Part shown: positions 1-11,000 of the stretch, in pieces
Position numbering within the stretch: position 1 is the first letter of the stretch
Layout of the letters: every line of letters starts with the position of its first letter
Assembly (NCBI GenBank): GCA_019058445.1
Contig: JAHPZA010000010.1
Coordinates: 32,001 to 96,000 of the forward strand
Direction: 5' to 3'
Origin: Promethearchaeota archaeon
GTDB taxonomy: Archaea; Asgardarchaeota; Lokiarchaeia; Sigyniarchaeales; SOKP01
DNA: 64,000 nt
Translations under genes and position numbers: made by a program
Notes under the pieces: model-generated
What the model saw: the letters and a program-made list of their open reading frames with translations, nothing else
Database searches by the model: none
What the model was told of the DNA's origin: nothing

Positions 1-2931
1 AAGCGTTTTTGTTGGTAGAGAGGGATCTAAAGGTTTTCCACACGACCAACAAGCATTTTCAAGTTCTTTAATTGCCTCGACACATCTTATACAATAATAG
101 GCACCACAGGTTGGGCAAATAAAATTATATCCCTCAATTGGACCTTTATGAACTAAACAGAAATGCTTTTCCTTGGATAATATTATATCATCCTCCACAA
201 TTTCTTCTCTTTGCTTGATATATTCTTTTATATTACTGGTATCTTTTCGGATGCCACCTTTTCGGGAAACATAAGTTCGACCTATAACTAAAAAAGCTGC
301 CACCGCTATTACTATTAAACCAATAACCATTACTATTGTAGTATCAAATACGTCAGATTTACTACTATCATCTCCATTTCCATCTCCTCCTCCATCGGTT
401 ATGACTGATTTTATAACATTGACATCTATATAAACGATATAACCTCGCGAATCATTGCAATAGAATCGTATTGTGATGTTTCCATTGGATAGAGTCTTCC
501 ATTGATCTTGATCAATTAAACCAGTGATATTATCATTCGCCACTCCATTTAACTTTGTTAAGTTTATAATTTTTTCAATCTCTAGAAATTCACACCAGAA
601 GTATTCTCCTAGACCTTCAACAATACTAATATTACAAGCTGGTGCGATTGAGCCAAATTTCTGGCCCATTGTTGGCTCAGCAATATAAAGAACAGGAGCG
701 TCCCACCAAATTGGAAAATTATCTTGACTTCCCGCAGTTCCTGGAATATTGTATGCCGTATCTCCTATACCGTCATCGTTCGTATCTATATCGGTATAAT
801 CCCACCAATAATTTCCAATGTTAATATTGTCCCAATAATTACTATTTCCATCATCCCTCGCATTTTCCTCATTCCTACTAAAATTATTTAAATAGATCAA
901 ATTATTATCACAATTACCCTCTATTACTATCCCGATTTGATTGTTATTTTGAACAGTGTTTTCTGTTATGTTGTTATTGTTGCATTTATCAAATAAATAA
1001 ATTCCATAATTAGTATTATTATTTACAATATTTCCCGAAATTGTAGTATAATTACTAGAAATTAAATATATCCCATTTATCCCATTACTATTGACAGAGG
1101 TATTTCTAATTTTATTATTTACACAACCTCCAATAATCCCCCAGCCAAAGACTGGACGGCTCCCCAAATAAATTCCATACTCATTATTGTTATTTGCGGT
1201 GTTATTTGTGAAAGTATTAGAATGACAGTTTGAAATGTAGAATCCAGACTTAGAATTATTATTTACAGTGTTTCTCGAAAATCTGGAATTATTACATCCA
1301 TTTAAATATATCCCATGTATTCGATTATTATTTATGATGTTTCCCGAAACGTTATTATTTTCACATTCTACCATAAAAATACCTACATCATTATTATAAG
1401 CAGAGTTATTCCTAATTGTATTATTACCGGAATATGATATAGAAATTCCAAATAAAAGACCACTATTATTTACAAAATTACCTGAAATTGTGTTATTATA
1501 ACTAAGAACCAAATATATTCCGCAGAAAGTATTATTATTTAATGTGTTGCCCGAAACAGTATTGTTTTTACATGCATATAATAAAATTCCTACTGTTGAG
1601 TGAGAAAGATCTAAATTCTCTATTACCGTGTTATTACAATTAACTAATATGATTTGACCAGCATTAGTAAAATTCTTACTTTCTAAACCTGTTTCATTAA
1701 TGTAGTAATAAATAGGTTTTCCATCTACAAAGTTTGAAGTAAAATTGTTTGAAGATACATCATCAGGTGATCCATGAATCCAAACTCCAGAACTATTCAT
1801 TGTATTCCCTGAAACGTAGCTATATGGACTAAATGAAAGAAATAATCCACATATTTTATTGTCTGAAGCATTATTATTTAGGATTGTAATATTGTTTGAA
1901 TTATATAATGAAATTCCAATTGAAACATTAGAAATGTCTAAGTCTGAAATCTGTGAATCTTCACAATCGATTAATATAATTTACCCCGAGTCTGTAAAAT
2001 TATTTTTTCCTAAACCTTTTTCATTAGTGTAATAATATAAAGTTTTTCCATTCACTAAATTTTTATCGCCAATATTAAAAGGTAAAGAATTTTCTTCAAC
2101 GCTCGGCCATATCACAACTCCACACTCTGTCATATTATTTCCTGAGAATGTATTGTTATAACTGGCACTAAACATAACTCCAAAATAATTTTTATTTAAA
2201 ATATTACCCAAAATGGTGTTATTACTACAATCATTTTGTATACTTATCCCATAAAAACTATTATTAACTGTGTTATTTTTAATGGTGTTATTATTACTAT
2301 TAGATAAATATACCCCCGCCACATCATTGTTGTATAAAATATTTCCCATTATTGTGTTATTGTGGCAGTTATCAAGTAAAGTGATCCCATAATCAACATT
2401 TTTATTTGCTTTGTTTCCCAATATAGTGTTATTGTGGCAATCATTAATTAAAGCGATTCCTACACGTGTATCCGAAAAACTATCATTAATTAATAACCCA
2501 TTGGAAGTATTAACCAATTCAATTCCCGCATCAATTTGAAAAATCTCAAGATCAGCAAATAATCCAGAATTGTAGAATGTACAATTTTTAATCCTAAAAT
2601 ATTCCTTGGAATTTTCGATTAATATCCCACTACCCATACCACCAGCGTTTATCGTTACATTCTCAATGAAATGAGGGGAAATTTTTGTTCCTAGACCTAT
2701 TTTAATCCATGGAAAGAGTGTAGCAGACCAGTTATCGTCTTTAATATGTATAAAATTTGTTGACCAATAACCTGATTTTCTCGGACTTTTTAAATTAGCT
2801 TCATCGCGAAGTTCCGTGGCATCATCACTTTTTTCTTCGTTCCCGATGAAGTTATACACACTAGTGGTGGATAAAGCCAAAATTATCAATAAAGAGATTT
2901 TAAATAATTTCTTTTTTGTTCTTTTTCTCAT
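1..2931 (-). pseudogene. Membrane-anchored NosD/CASH right-handed beta-helix surface protein with C-terminal TM helix and RING-like Zn finger; interrupted by one in-frame TAA at 1981-1983; 3'-partial
   Basis: The track ORF 1981..2931 stops at ...FTDSG*, but the same frame stays open from 1980 to base 1 (checked codon by codon). The stop sits where the internal repeat reads FTNAGQIILVNC, so CAA appears to have become TAA. NNTIxGN repeats, TM IVMVIGLIVIAVAAFLVIG (~280-336), Cys/His cluster at 40-159. Confidence 0.8.
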
Positions 2932-3099
2932 TGAAATTTTACAAAAAATTATTTGGATTTAATAAAAAAAATATAGTATATTATTTAACAATTTTGTAAA
3001 AACATTTTTTTAAGATTTTTCAAGATTATTACAATACAAATTTCCCTCTAATATAGTAATAAAAAATCTCAAATACTTTAGATAATAGATTAAAATCTT

Positions 3100-3759
3100 T
3101 TATTGTATAAGATCAATATAATAAAAACGATTTTCCCGAAATACAATTTCTCCTTTTTGAAATTGAATGGGATATGAAAATATGGGTCCATCAAAAACAA
3201 ATGAGTGAAATTCACCATTTTCTCCACAGGGATCTACAGATGGTGGAAGTGAATCCAAAAAGTCCTGATTAAACATACTACCAATAAATGATCCTTCAAG
3301 CTGATCGGAATCAACAGATGTAATTATTGCTTTAAATCCGAGTTTTATAAATTTTTCAGCTAATTCTTTCGTATCTTGCTTCCAAAGCGGAAAAATTGCT
3401 TTCATTCCAATTTTTGAGAGGTTTGATTCACGGTAATTTCTTATATCTTCAAGAAAGATATCTCCAAAGACAACATGATAAACTCTATGGGATTTGAAAT
3501 ACAACATATCTCGTTTCATAATTTTTTCATATTCTTCATTTGAAGTGTCTTTTGGAAGCGATATAGTAAGAAGAGGGATTCCAATTGATTTCGCTTGCTC
3601 TTCTAGTAGCTCTCTTCTTACGCCATGCATACTTACTCTATTATAATCTTCTGAAATTGTGGAAATTAAAGTTCTTACGTTAAAAACTTCTCTGCTTAAT
3701 AAGTAAAGGGCTAGAGCGCTATCCTTACCTCCACTCCAAGAAAATACAACCGGTTCCAT
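3100..3759 (-). CDS. Diphthine-ammonia ligase / ATP-binding PP-loop family protein (Dph6-like)
   Basis: SWSGGKDS PP-loop, FGDIFLED, DPCGENGEFHSFVFDGPIF. Confidence 0.88.
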   Translation of the reverse strand: MEPVVFSWSGGKDSALALYLLSREVFNVRTLISTISEDYNRVSMHGVRRELLEEQAKSIGIPLLTISLPKDTSNEEYEKIMKRDMLYFKSHRVYHVVFGDIFLEDIRNYRESNLSKIGMKAIFPLWKQDTKELAEKFIKLGFKAIITSVDSDQLEGSFIGSMFNQDFLDSLPPSVDPCGENGEFHSFVFDGPIFSYPIQFQKGEIVFRENRFYYIDLIQ

Positions 3760-4562
3760 CAGTCACCACTAGTTTTATTATGGTTAATTTGGCAATTAGG
3801 GCAAAAAAATCCATGTCTTTGAGCAATTTTAAGTCTTTCAATATTTCCACCGCAACGTGGACATAATTCTCCTTTCTTTCTATGGGGAATAATAAAATCA
3901 TTAGGATAAGTCTTTAGGATCCCTTTTTTTTCTATTCCTACTTTAAGCACATTTTTTATGGTTTCAAAAATTTCTCTTAATTTTGAATCATTTACTTCAT
4001 TAATTTTGGTTTTGGGATGAAGTCTTGTTTGATATAAAATCTCATCTGAGTAGATATTCCCAATTCCAGCAATAATGTTCTGATTCATTAGCGCGGATTT
4101 TGCGAGAGCAGTTCTTTTCTCTAAAGATTTCTTAAATTCTTCAAAATTCATTTTCAAAGCATCTATTCCCAGATTTTTCTTATTGATTATAAAATCTTCA
4201 ATGGTATTTGTTAAATCTACCTTGCCAAACATTCTCTGAGAGATGTATGATAAAAAATTTCCATTTTCAAATTCAAATAATATTCGACTATGTTTTGGTT
4301 CTTCCTTGATATCATCAAAATATTTTAAATCTCCTGACATTCCAAAATGAAATACAATAAATCCTGAATTTAATTTAACAAAAAGATATTTCCCATGCCT
4401 TAAAGAAGAATAAAAAATATTTGATCTAATCGTCTTTTTAAAAATTTTTTCTTGGACATTAAGAACTCTATTATCTCTGATAAATACATTATTAATTTTT
4501 TGGCTTAAAGATGTTTTATCAAAATATTTTTTAAAAGTCTCGACCTCGGGAAGTTCTGGCAA
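3759..4562 (-). CDS. mutM: Formamidopyrimidine-DNA glycosylase (Fpg/Nei family)
   Basis: PELPEVE N-terminus implies the TTG start at 4562 rather than 4571, because the catalytic Pro must be residue 2. HFGMSG, GIGNIYSDE (H2TH), C-terminal CPRC...CPNCQ zinc finger. Confidence 0.92.
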   Translation of the reverse strand: MPELPEVETFKKYFDKTSLSQKINNVFIRDNRVLNVQEKIFKKTIRSNIFYSSLRHGKYLFVKLNSGFIVFHFGMSGDLKYFDDIKEEPKHSRILFEFENGNFLSYISQRMFGKVDLTNTIEDFIINKKNLGIDALKMNFEEFKKSLEKRTALAKSALMNQNIIAGIGNIYSDEILYQTRLHPKTKINEVNDSKLREIFETIKNVLKVGIEKKGILKTYPNDFIIPHRKKGELCPRCGGNIERLKIAQRHGFFCPNCQINHNKTSGD

Positions 4563-4656
4563 AATAATCAAGTTAAAGTTTTCATTAATTTTTCTTAAGG
4601 TGGTAAAAAATAGATGTTTAAAAAAAATATTTAATATAAAAAATAAAAAATATAGT

Positions 4657-5613
4657 TTAGAAATTAGAAAAAATCATAAATTTCTGATCAGAACCAATAG
4701 AATAAATCTCAAATTTGCTTCCCTTTTTAGACTTACAATTCAATTGGATCATTGGAAACAAATAAATCTGTGTAACTATCTGAGTATCTTTGTCTTTCTC
4801 ATAATTTTTATAATCGCTGCCTGCGGAATTAATAGTTTTCTTGACATTTTTATCCCAATACCCAAGTGAGCCTTCTGCCTTATCATCAAGGTCTTTGAAA
4901 TTATTAAACTTTATACCTTCAACAGATTCAATAAGATCTTGAAGATCCTTTCCAATTTCTTTCTCATATTTTGTTTGTAAACTACTGTGAAGTACAGGAA
5001 CTCCAGTTACTACCGATTGAAAAGGAACGGGTTGGATCTCGAATTTATAGAGATTTTTATGACCTCCACATTCCTTACATGGATTTTGTACTTTACCTGT
5101 TCCATAACATTCTCCGCAAGGATAACTGAATACTTTCTTCACCTTGTTTTGATCCTCACCCTCCAGAACATTCAAATTTTCCTCAATTTTACCGCTACCT
5201 TTACAACTTCGGCATTTATCATCGATATATCCTTTTCCACCGCAAGTTTTACAGGGAACAGCAGCAATCGATTCATATATCGGAACTTTTTCATCTCCTT
5301 TCCAATTATCCTTATTAACATTTTTTCCTTTAAAACTATAAAAAGTTTCCCTACTAACCCGAGGAGCCATCACTAAATTTTCTTCTTTACCCTTGGCAGG
5401 AGCAACAGTTTTTTTGATTGAAAAATAAATAGCAGCCCCTTTAAGCGCAGGAGGAACAACGTATTCTGCGGCTGAAATTGCGTCTAATGAAAAAACCGCA
5501 CCTTTAGTACCAAATTGTTTTTCCATTTTCTTTCGATCTTTTCTTACAGCACTCTGTTTCCATTTTTCGAAAATATCATCGAGGTTAGGGGTTTTTATAC
5601 GAACATCTCCCAT
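4657..5613 (-). CDS. DnaJ-type CxxCxGxG zinc-finger protein without a J domain, SSUH2-like
   Basis: CKTCGGKG, CRSCKGSG, CGECYGTG, CKECGG repeats; no HPD motif; C-terminus ends ...FEIYSIGSD. Confidence 0.7.
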   Translation of the reverse strand: MGDVRIKTPNLDDIFEKWKQSAVRKDRKKMEKQFGTKGAVFSLDAISAAEYVVPPALKGAAIYFSIKKTVAPAKGKEENLVMAPRVSRETFYSFKGKNVNKDNWKGDEKVPIYESIAAVPCKTCGGKGYIDDKCRSCKGSGKIEENLNVLEGEDQNKVKKVFSYPCGECYGTGKVQNPCKECGGHKNLYKFEIQPVPFQSVVTGVPVLHSSLQTKYEKEIGKDLQDLIESVEGIKFNNFKDLDDKAEGSLGYWDKNVKKTINSAGSDYKNYEKDKDTQIVTQIYLFPMIQLNCKSKKGSKFEIYSIGSDQKFMIFSNF

Positions 5614-5753
5614 AGTTAACCATCTCTTTATTTATAAATTATTATTTGTTTTTTTCTTTTAATAAACAATTATATACCCGAAGACTTATATTTTTATATA
5701 AGTTATAAAACATTTAATTTAAGAGAATTAAAAAATATATCATTTTGATAAAT

Positions 5754-5915
5754 ATGTCAGAAGAAGATAAACAAGCCGTCCAATACTTACTGGACTGGAT
5801 TAAGCAAGGAGGAGTTGCGGACTGGATAAAATATTATCTTGATGCCGGTGACGAGGCGAAGTTAAGACAAATAAAAGCTGTTTATGATAAAATAAAAGCC
5901 GTTTTTGGTTTTTAA
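5754..5915 (+). CDS. Small 53-aa hypothetical protein (below track cutoff)
   Basis: ATG 5754 to TAA 5915: MSEEDKQAVQYLLDWIKQGGVADWIKYYLDAGDEAKLRQIKAVYDKIKAVFGF. GC-richer than its flanks, amphipathic, fills the intergenic gap. Confidence 0.7.
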   Translation: MSEEDKQAVQYLLDWIKQGGVADWIKYYLDAGDEAKLRQIKAVYDKIKAVFGF

Positions 5916-5969
5916 GCAAAAAATTTAACTTTCTTAATTACTTTATTTTTGTAGTTGAATAAAAGTTAA

Positions 5970-8657
5970 TTGTGTAATTATTTGACTATTCCCCCAAGAA
6001 ATTACTTTTTAGTTATTGAAAAGAATCGCGAATACAAAAAGGAATTACTATTTGATGTAAGTTTCTTTTATTTAAAATCATTTAAGAAAAAATCACTCTC
6101 GTTTAAATATGTAAGTGAACCATTCTTACGAAGTACAGTCATTTTTGGGTTAGACATAAAAAATAAAATGAGACCATTGAAATTCAGCAAGATTGAGAAA
6201 GATGATACTGAAACTCCTATAAATCCTCGACTTTTTAAAAAATTTGTGCTAGCTGATGAAAACAGATTTATTGCATTATCGAGCCAAACTGACCCTAAAG
6301 AATTTGATCCAGTTACTAAAATGCTTCAAAATTTTCAATTTGATATGACTAAAATAACTAACTTAACCTTTTGTGAATCGTGTTTAGATAACAAGAAATT
6401 TAAAATATTAAGAAAGAGAGCTCAAATATTATCTCTCAAAAATCAAATTATCTGTTCTGAATGTGCTTTAGAATTAGTTTTAAAAAATATTCAAATGACA
6501 GGATTAATCTCATCTGAAACTAAAATTAGCCCAAAGCTAAAAAATTTCTTTAATCATATGATCTTGAAATTTCGAGATGTCAAAAAAGTTCTTTCAGCTT
6601 TTAAATCCGACTTTAATCCAGTTTCAAATAGAGAGATAACTCTTTATGATATTGAGAAAAATCCCTCAATAAGCAAAAAATATCTAAATTTTAATATTAA
6701 TCCTTTAGACATACCTCTCTCTTTCAAAGAGATATTAAAAAGTTTAAAAATTTCAACCCTTTTACCCATACAAGCCATTTCAATCGAAAAAGGTTTATTA
6801 TCAGATTGGAATGATCAATTAATAATGGCTCCAACTTCAGGAGGTAAAACATTGGTTGGTGAACTCGCAGGTATTTCTAAACTTCTCACTAATAAAAATT
6901 CTAAGATGTTATATTTAGTTCCAATTGTAGCACTTGCCAATATAAGAACAGAAGAATTCAAAAAAAAGTATAAGCCGCTAAAGTTAAAAATTGTTAAAAA
7001 AGTAGGAGAATCCCTTCTGGAAAAAAAAGAGGATATATTAGAAGAGGACTTACACGACGCTGATATTATAATTGCAACATACGAAGCAATTGATTTTATT
7101 TTGCGAAGTGGTAATATGGAGCATTTAGGAAGGATTATGACTATAGTTGTGGATGAAATTCAAGTGTTAATTGACCCTGATCGTGGCTATTTATTAGATG
7201 GTTTCATCGCTCGTTTAAAATCTCTTTTTAAAAATGCTCAATTTCTATATCTTAGCGCAACAGTTGGAGAGCCAGAATTATTAGCTAAAAAGTTAGATTG
7301 TTCTCTAATTAGGTATAATAACCGTCCGGTTCCAATTGAACGTCATTTATTATTATGCCTCAACGAAAATATAAAACATAGAAATATAGCAAAATTGATT
7401 CGTTCAGCCTTTTCTCATAAGTCAAATTATGGTTTTAAAGGCCAATCAATAATCTTTACTAACACTAGGAAAAAGTGTGAAGCCTTAACTGCTTATCTTC
7501 AGAACAGAGGAATTTTTGTAAGAGCCTATCACAGCGGACTAACTAGTGAAGAAAGAAAAGTAATTGAGTTGGAATTTCAATCTCAGAGAATTGCCGGCGT
7601 TGTTGCTACCGCAGCCTTAGCGGCGGGAGTAGATCTTCCTGCAAGCCAAGTTATTTTTGAATCTTTAGCAATGGGGATAAACTGGCTTACTGTAGCTGAA
7701 TTTGAACAGATGCTAGGAAGGGCGGGTAGATTAAAAAAACATGAGTTAGGGTTAGCTTATATTCTAGTTGAGCCGGGAAAAATTTATTCTCCAAAAATGT
7801 CGGAAACAGAAGAAAATATAGCTATAAAGTTATTAAATGGAAAAATAAAAGATTTTGAATTAGAGCCCAATGAAGACAGATCCCTTACTGAATTGTTAGC
7901 TTTTGTTTCTATGTTCAATCAAGGAATTGAATACAACAAAATTTTCGAGTTTTACGAGTTATTAATCAATAATGATTATAATATCGAATTATTTACTAAA
8001 AAATTGAATAATTTAAAGCTTCTTAGAATTAAAGAAAATGAGATCCACAAACCTACTCATATTGGTCAATCCATTGCGAAATCCTTTTTGAGTGTTAATG
8101 AAGGTTTAGAAATAATAGAAATATTGCGAAATCAACAAGCGCCTAATATGATTCATTTAGCCCTTGAACTTAAACCTATAAGGAATGTATATCTATCTAA
8201 AAGAATCGTAGCTGAATTGTCTAAAAATGTAAGGATGAAATATTTCTCAAACAATTTTTTTTCTGCAAGCGTGCTTTCATTGATGAATGCAGAGTATATC
8301 AAAAAAAGAAAATCATTTTCCAGTGATTTTTTACAGCTTATTATGAAATGGATTAATGATATTTTTAATTGTAATTGTAAGGATAATCCTTATTGTGATT
8401 GTGGTAGAAAAAATCTAGAAAAGATTATACTTGATTTAAGAATTAATGATGGCTTTACGATTGCACAAATATCTCAATTCTTAGAAGATGAATACGAATT
8501 ATTGGTCTTTAAGGGAGATTTAATTGATTATTTACAAAACCTGATTTACTCACTGGAGAGTATTAAAAATATTTCAGAGGGAATAAAAAATCTGGATGCA
8601 ATATATAAACAAGAATTATCTAAAATCCCTAAGGTTATTGAAAACATCAAAGGTTAA
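5970..8657 (+). CDS. Archaeal superfamily II DEAD/DEAH-box helicase (COG1202-like)
   Basis: APTSGGKT, DEIQ, LSAT, QMLGRAGR motifs; C-terminal CxCxxxPYCDCG. Confidence 0.9.
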   Translation: MCNYLTIPPRNYFLVIEKNREYKKELLFDVSFFYLKSFKKKSLSFKYVSEPFLRSTVIFGLDIKNKMRPLKFSKIEKDDTETPINPRLFKKFVLADENRFIALSSQTDPKEFDPVTKMLQNFQFDMTKITNLTFCESCLDNKKFKILRKRAQILSLKNQIICSECALELVLKNIQMTGLISSETKISPKLKNFFNHMILKFRDVKKVLSAFKSDFNPVSNREITLYDIEKNPSISKKYLNFNINPLDIPLSFKEILKSLKISTLLPIQAISIEKGLLSDWNDQLIMAPTSGGKTLVGELAGISKLLTNKNSKMLYLVPIVALANIRTEEFKKKYKPLKLKIVKKVGESLLEKKEDILEEDLHDADIIIATYEAIDFILRSGNMEHLGRIMTIVVDEIQVLIDPDRGYLLDGFIARLKSLFKNAQFLYLSATVGEPELLAKKLDCSLIRYNNRPVPIERHLLLCLNENIKHRNIAKLIRSAFSHKSNYGFKGQSIIFTNTRKKCEALTAYLQNRGIFVRAYHSGLTSEERKVIELEFQSQRIAGVVATAALAAGVDLPASQVIFESLAMGINWLTVAEFEQMLGRAGRLKKHELGLAYILVEPGKIYSPKMSETEENIAIKLLNGKIKDFELEPNEDRSLTELLAFVSMFNQGIEYNKIFEFYELLINNDYNIELFTKKLNNLKLLRIKENEIHKPTHIGQSIAKSFLSVNEGLEIIEILRNQQAPNMIHLALELKPIRNVYLSKRIVAELSKNVRMKYFSNNFFSASVLSLMNAEYIKKRKSFSSDFLQLIMKWINDIFNCNCKDNPYCDCGRKNLEKIILDLRINDGFTIAQISQFLEDEYELLVFKGDLIDYLQNLIYSLESIKNISEGIKNLDAIYKQELSKIPKVIENIKG

Positions 8658-8768
8658 TTTTTTATGTATTAAAAATTAAATATTTATACAATTATCGATA
8701 AAGTAATATTGAGAGAATTCATCTAAGGGTTTTAAAAAAACATATAAAAAAAGCAAAATCTCCTAGAA

Positions 8769-9722
8769 ATGCTATATACAATCTTTCTTTATCAGAGTGA
8801 AAGTGGATTATTACTCTTTGATAAGAGCTTTCAAGATATTAGTTCTGGTAAAATGGAACTTTTTTCTTCATTTTTCTCGGCCTTAAAAGCTTTTATAGGA
8901 GAAATGATAATAGAGGGATCAACAGAATTGAAAAATATTTCTTTAGGGGATTATACGGTTTTAATTACTTCTATAGATGAAGTCAGAGCAGATTTGGTTG
9001 TTATCGGCGATAAGGAAGATAGTAAAGCAATTAATAAGTTAGTTCCAAGATTAATTAAAGAGATTCTAAAACATACAAACGTGTTTCTTGAATGGCAAGG
9101 AAAGAGAGAAGATTTTGAAATTTTAGACCAACCTATTTCAGAGATAATATTAAGCCATAAAAAACTTCTTGGAGATAAATCTTTAATAGAGCATCAAGAT
9201 CTTATCTTAAAATCAATGTGGGCACATAAAAAAGATCTTTCTGCCCAGCAAATTAAGGATTTAACTCACGAAAGACAAATTTTAATGAAGAGGTTAGAAA
9301 ATTTAATTAATCTTCCTAAAAAACTGGAGATTGCTGAAAATTTATTAGAAATTTCTGAAAAATTAAAAGATGACCAAAATTTCATGAAACATCAAGAAGA
9401 AATTAAGGTAATTAAGGATGAAATAAGAGATACAAAAATAAAATTAAATTATTATTTGGAAAAGATTAAAATTACTATAAACCAGGCTGTAAATCAGTTA
9501 GGAAATAAACCTCTGAACGAGGGTGATTATAAAGATGTTTATTTAAATTTATATTCATTTAGCAATAAACTTAAAAACATGACTGATTCTAATTCTTGGG
9601 AAGAATATCGAAACAATGCTCAGATATTTATAAATAAAGATGAGGTTGAGTTAGGGGAGATTTCTCAGGCAATTTCTAAAACTCTTAAAATGAGTGATAA
9701 TGTAGAAGATTATATCAACTAA
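8769..9722 (+). CDS. Longin-like N-terminal domain plus helical/coiled-coil C-terminus
   Basis: IFLYQSESGLLLF...LFSSFFSALKAFIGEM pattern typical of Asgard longin-like domains. Confidence 0.6.
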   Translation: MLYTIFLYQSESGLLLFDKSFQDISSGKMELFSSFFSALKAFIGEMIIEGSTELKNISLGDYTVLITSIDEVRADLVVIGDKEDSKAINKLVPRLIKEILKHTNVFLEWQGKREDFEILDQPISEIILSHKKLLGDKSLIEHQDLILKSMWAHKKDLSAQQIKDLTHERQILMKRLENLINLPKKLEIAENLLEISEKLKDDQNFMKHQEEIKVIKDEIRDTKIKLNYYLEKIKITINQAVNQLGNKPLNEGDYKDVYLNLYSFSNKLKNMTDSNSWEEYRNNAQIFINKDEVELGEISQAISKTLKMSDNVEDYIN

Positions 9723-9780
9723 GAAGCAATTTGGTATAAAACTCGATTTGTAAGACTCCCTAAAACATCTCTTTTGCTTA

Positions 9781-10974
9781 TTAGATCGTGTGTATCTCAA
9801 TAATGTCATTATCTTTCATTTCATAATCTAATCCAACTTTTTTACGCTTTTGGCGAGCTTCTTTACGAATGATAATCGCATAGTCAAAATTTTCTAAGAA
9901 GCTTCTATGAATCTTTAATGCCACATCTTTTACTTTTGAAGCTTTATCTATTAAGAGTGGTTTTTCAGCAACATTTCCAGATTGAGAAGTGTATACTTTT
10001 ATCTTTTCTAAATATTTTAGGATCATATCTCCAAAATCATCTGGAAAATTCCTTTTTTTGGTACTGGTTCCCAAAATTATTGAAAAATTATTAGAATATA
10101 ATTCTTTTAGAAGCTGAAAGTTCGCTTCTGTATGTGGGAGGTCTCCTTTAGTTGCTAATATTATTGCCTTTTTATACACCATCGCAGGGATTAAAGCATC
10201 CACTACTTGTTCAAGGGTAATCGATCCAAAAACCTTTACTACCGCATTCCTTATACCATTTTCATGTACAATTTCCTTAATTTTTTCCGTAAAACTCACT
10301 AAATCTGGGTTATTTTTAGCTTCTTTTGTCAAATAAAAGACTTGAATCTTGTTAGAACCTGTTTTTTCTATATTGATTGGCGGAACAGGAACATTTATTC
10401 TAATATCTGAATTAGTAAGTTCAGTTAGCATCAAATTCATTTGTTCCTTAATATTTCTAGATAAATCCACACAGAGACAAATTAAATCACAAGCTCTAAG
10501 TTGAGAAAGGATCTCTTTTCCATTTCCCACTCCTGTCGATGCTCCCTCCATTAAAGAAGGCATATCAACAATTTGAATCCGAATTTCATTAAAAGTATAT
10601 ATACCAATTTCAGGAATTGCCGTAAATTTGCCTATTTGTTCTTTAGCTGCCCCAGTTAATAAATTTAAAAGTGATGTTTTACCAACACCTGGAGTGCGGT
10701 AATCACTAATTAGAATTAATTGGATTCCCTCTTTTTTTATTGAAAAAGGACTTACAATTTTCCCTGTACTTTTTGCCCGTTGCCTATGTTCTTCTTGCTG
10801 GCGTCTTAACTTTGCAAGTCTTGACTTGTTTAAGGCAACAATTTTTTCCGTAGCTTTATGTTTAGGGACTAAAGATATGAATTCTTCTAATCTTTTTATT
10901 TTCTCATCCAAAGAAGAAGCATCCAAATATCGTTGATAAGCTGCTTTTGCCTCAGGACCAATATTGGAGCTCAA
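9781..10974 (-). CDS. DRG/OBG-family GTPase with C-terminal TGS domain
   Basis: VPKHKATE N-terminus, PGVGKTS, DMPSL, TKGD, IH...KVGLDYEMKDNDIIEI. Confidence 0.88.
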   Translation of the reverse strand: MSSNIGPEAKAAYQRYLDASSLDEKIKRLEEFISLVPKHKATEKIVALNKSRLAKLRRQQEEHRQRAKSTGKIVSPFSIKKEGIQLILISDYRTPGVGKTSLLNLLTGAAKEQIGKFTAIPEIGIYTFNEIRIQIVDMPSLMEGASTGVGNGKEILSQLRACDLICLCVDLSRNIKEQMNLMLTELTNSDIRINVPVPPINIEKTGSNKIQVFYLTKEAKNNPDLVSFTEKIKEIVHENGIRNAVVKVFGSITLEQVVDALIPAMVYKKAIILATKGDLPHTEANFQLLKELYSNNFSIILGTSTKKRNFPDDFGDMILKYLEKIKVYTSQSGNVAEKPLLIDKASKVKDVALKIHRSFLENFDYAIIIRKEARQKRKKVGLDYEMKDNDIIEIHTI

Positions 10975-11000
10975 ATCTTATCACATTGACACAGTGATTT

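Noticed and set aside
642-824. Track ORF on + strand, and similar short ORFs overlapping longer genes (e.g. 4600, 4987, 15592, 20775, 24717, 28525, 31547, 31985, 33880, 41653, 42316, 43342, 48655-52921, 55664)
   Set aside because: Shadow ORFs overlapping well-supported genes, with no motifs.
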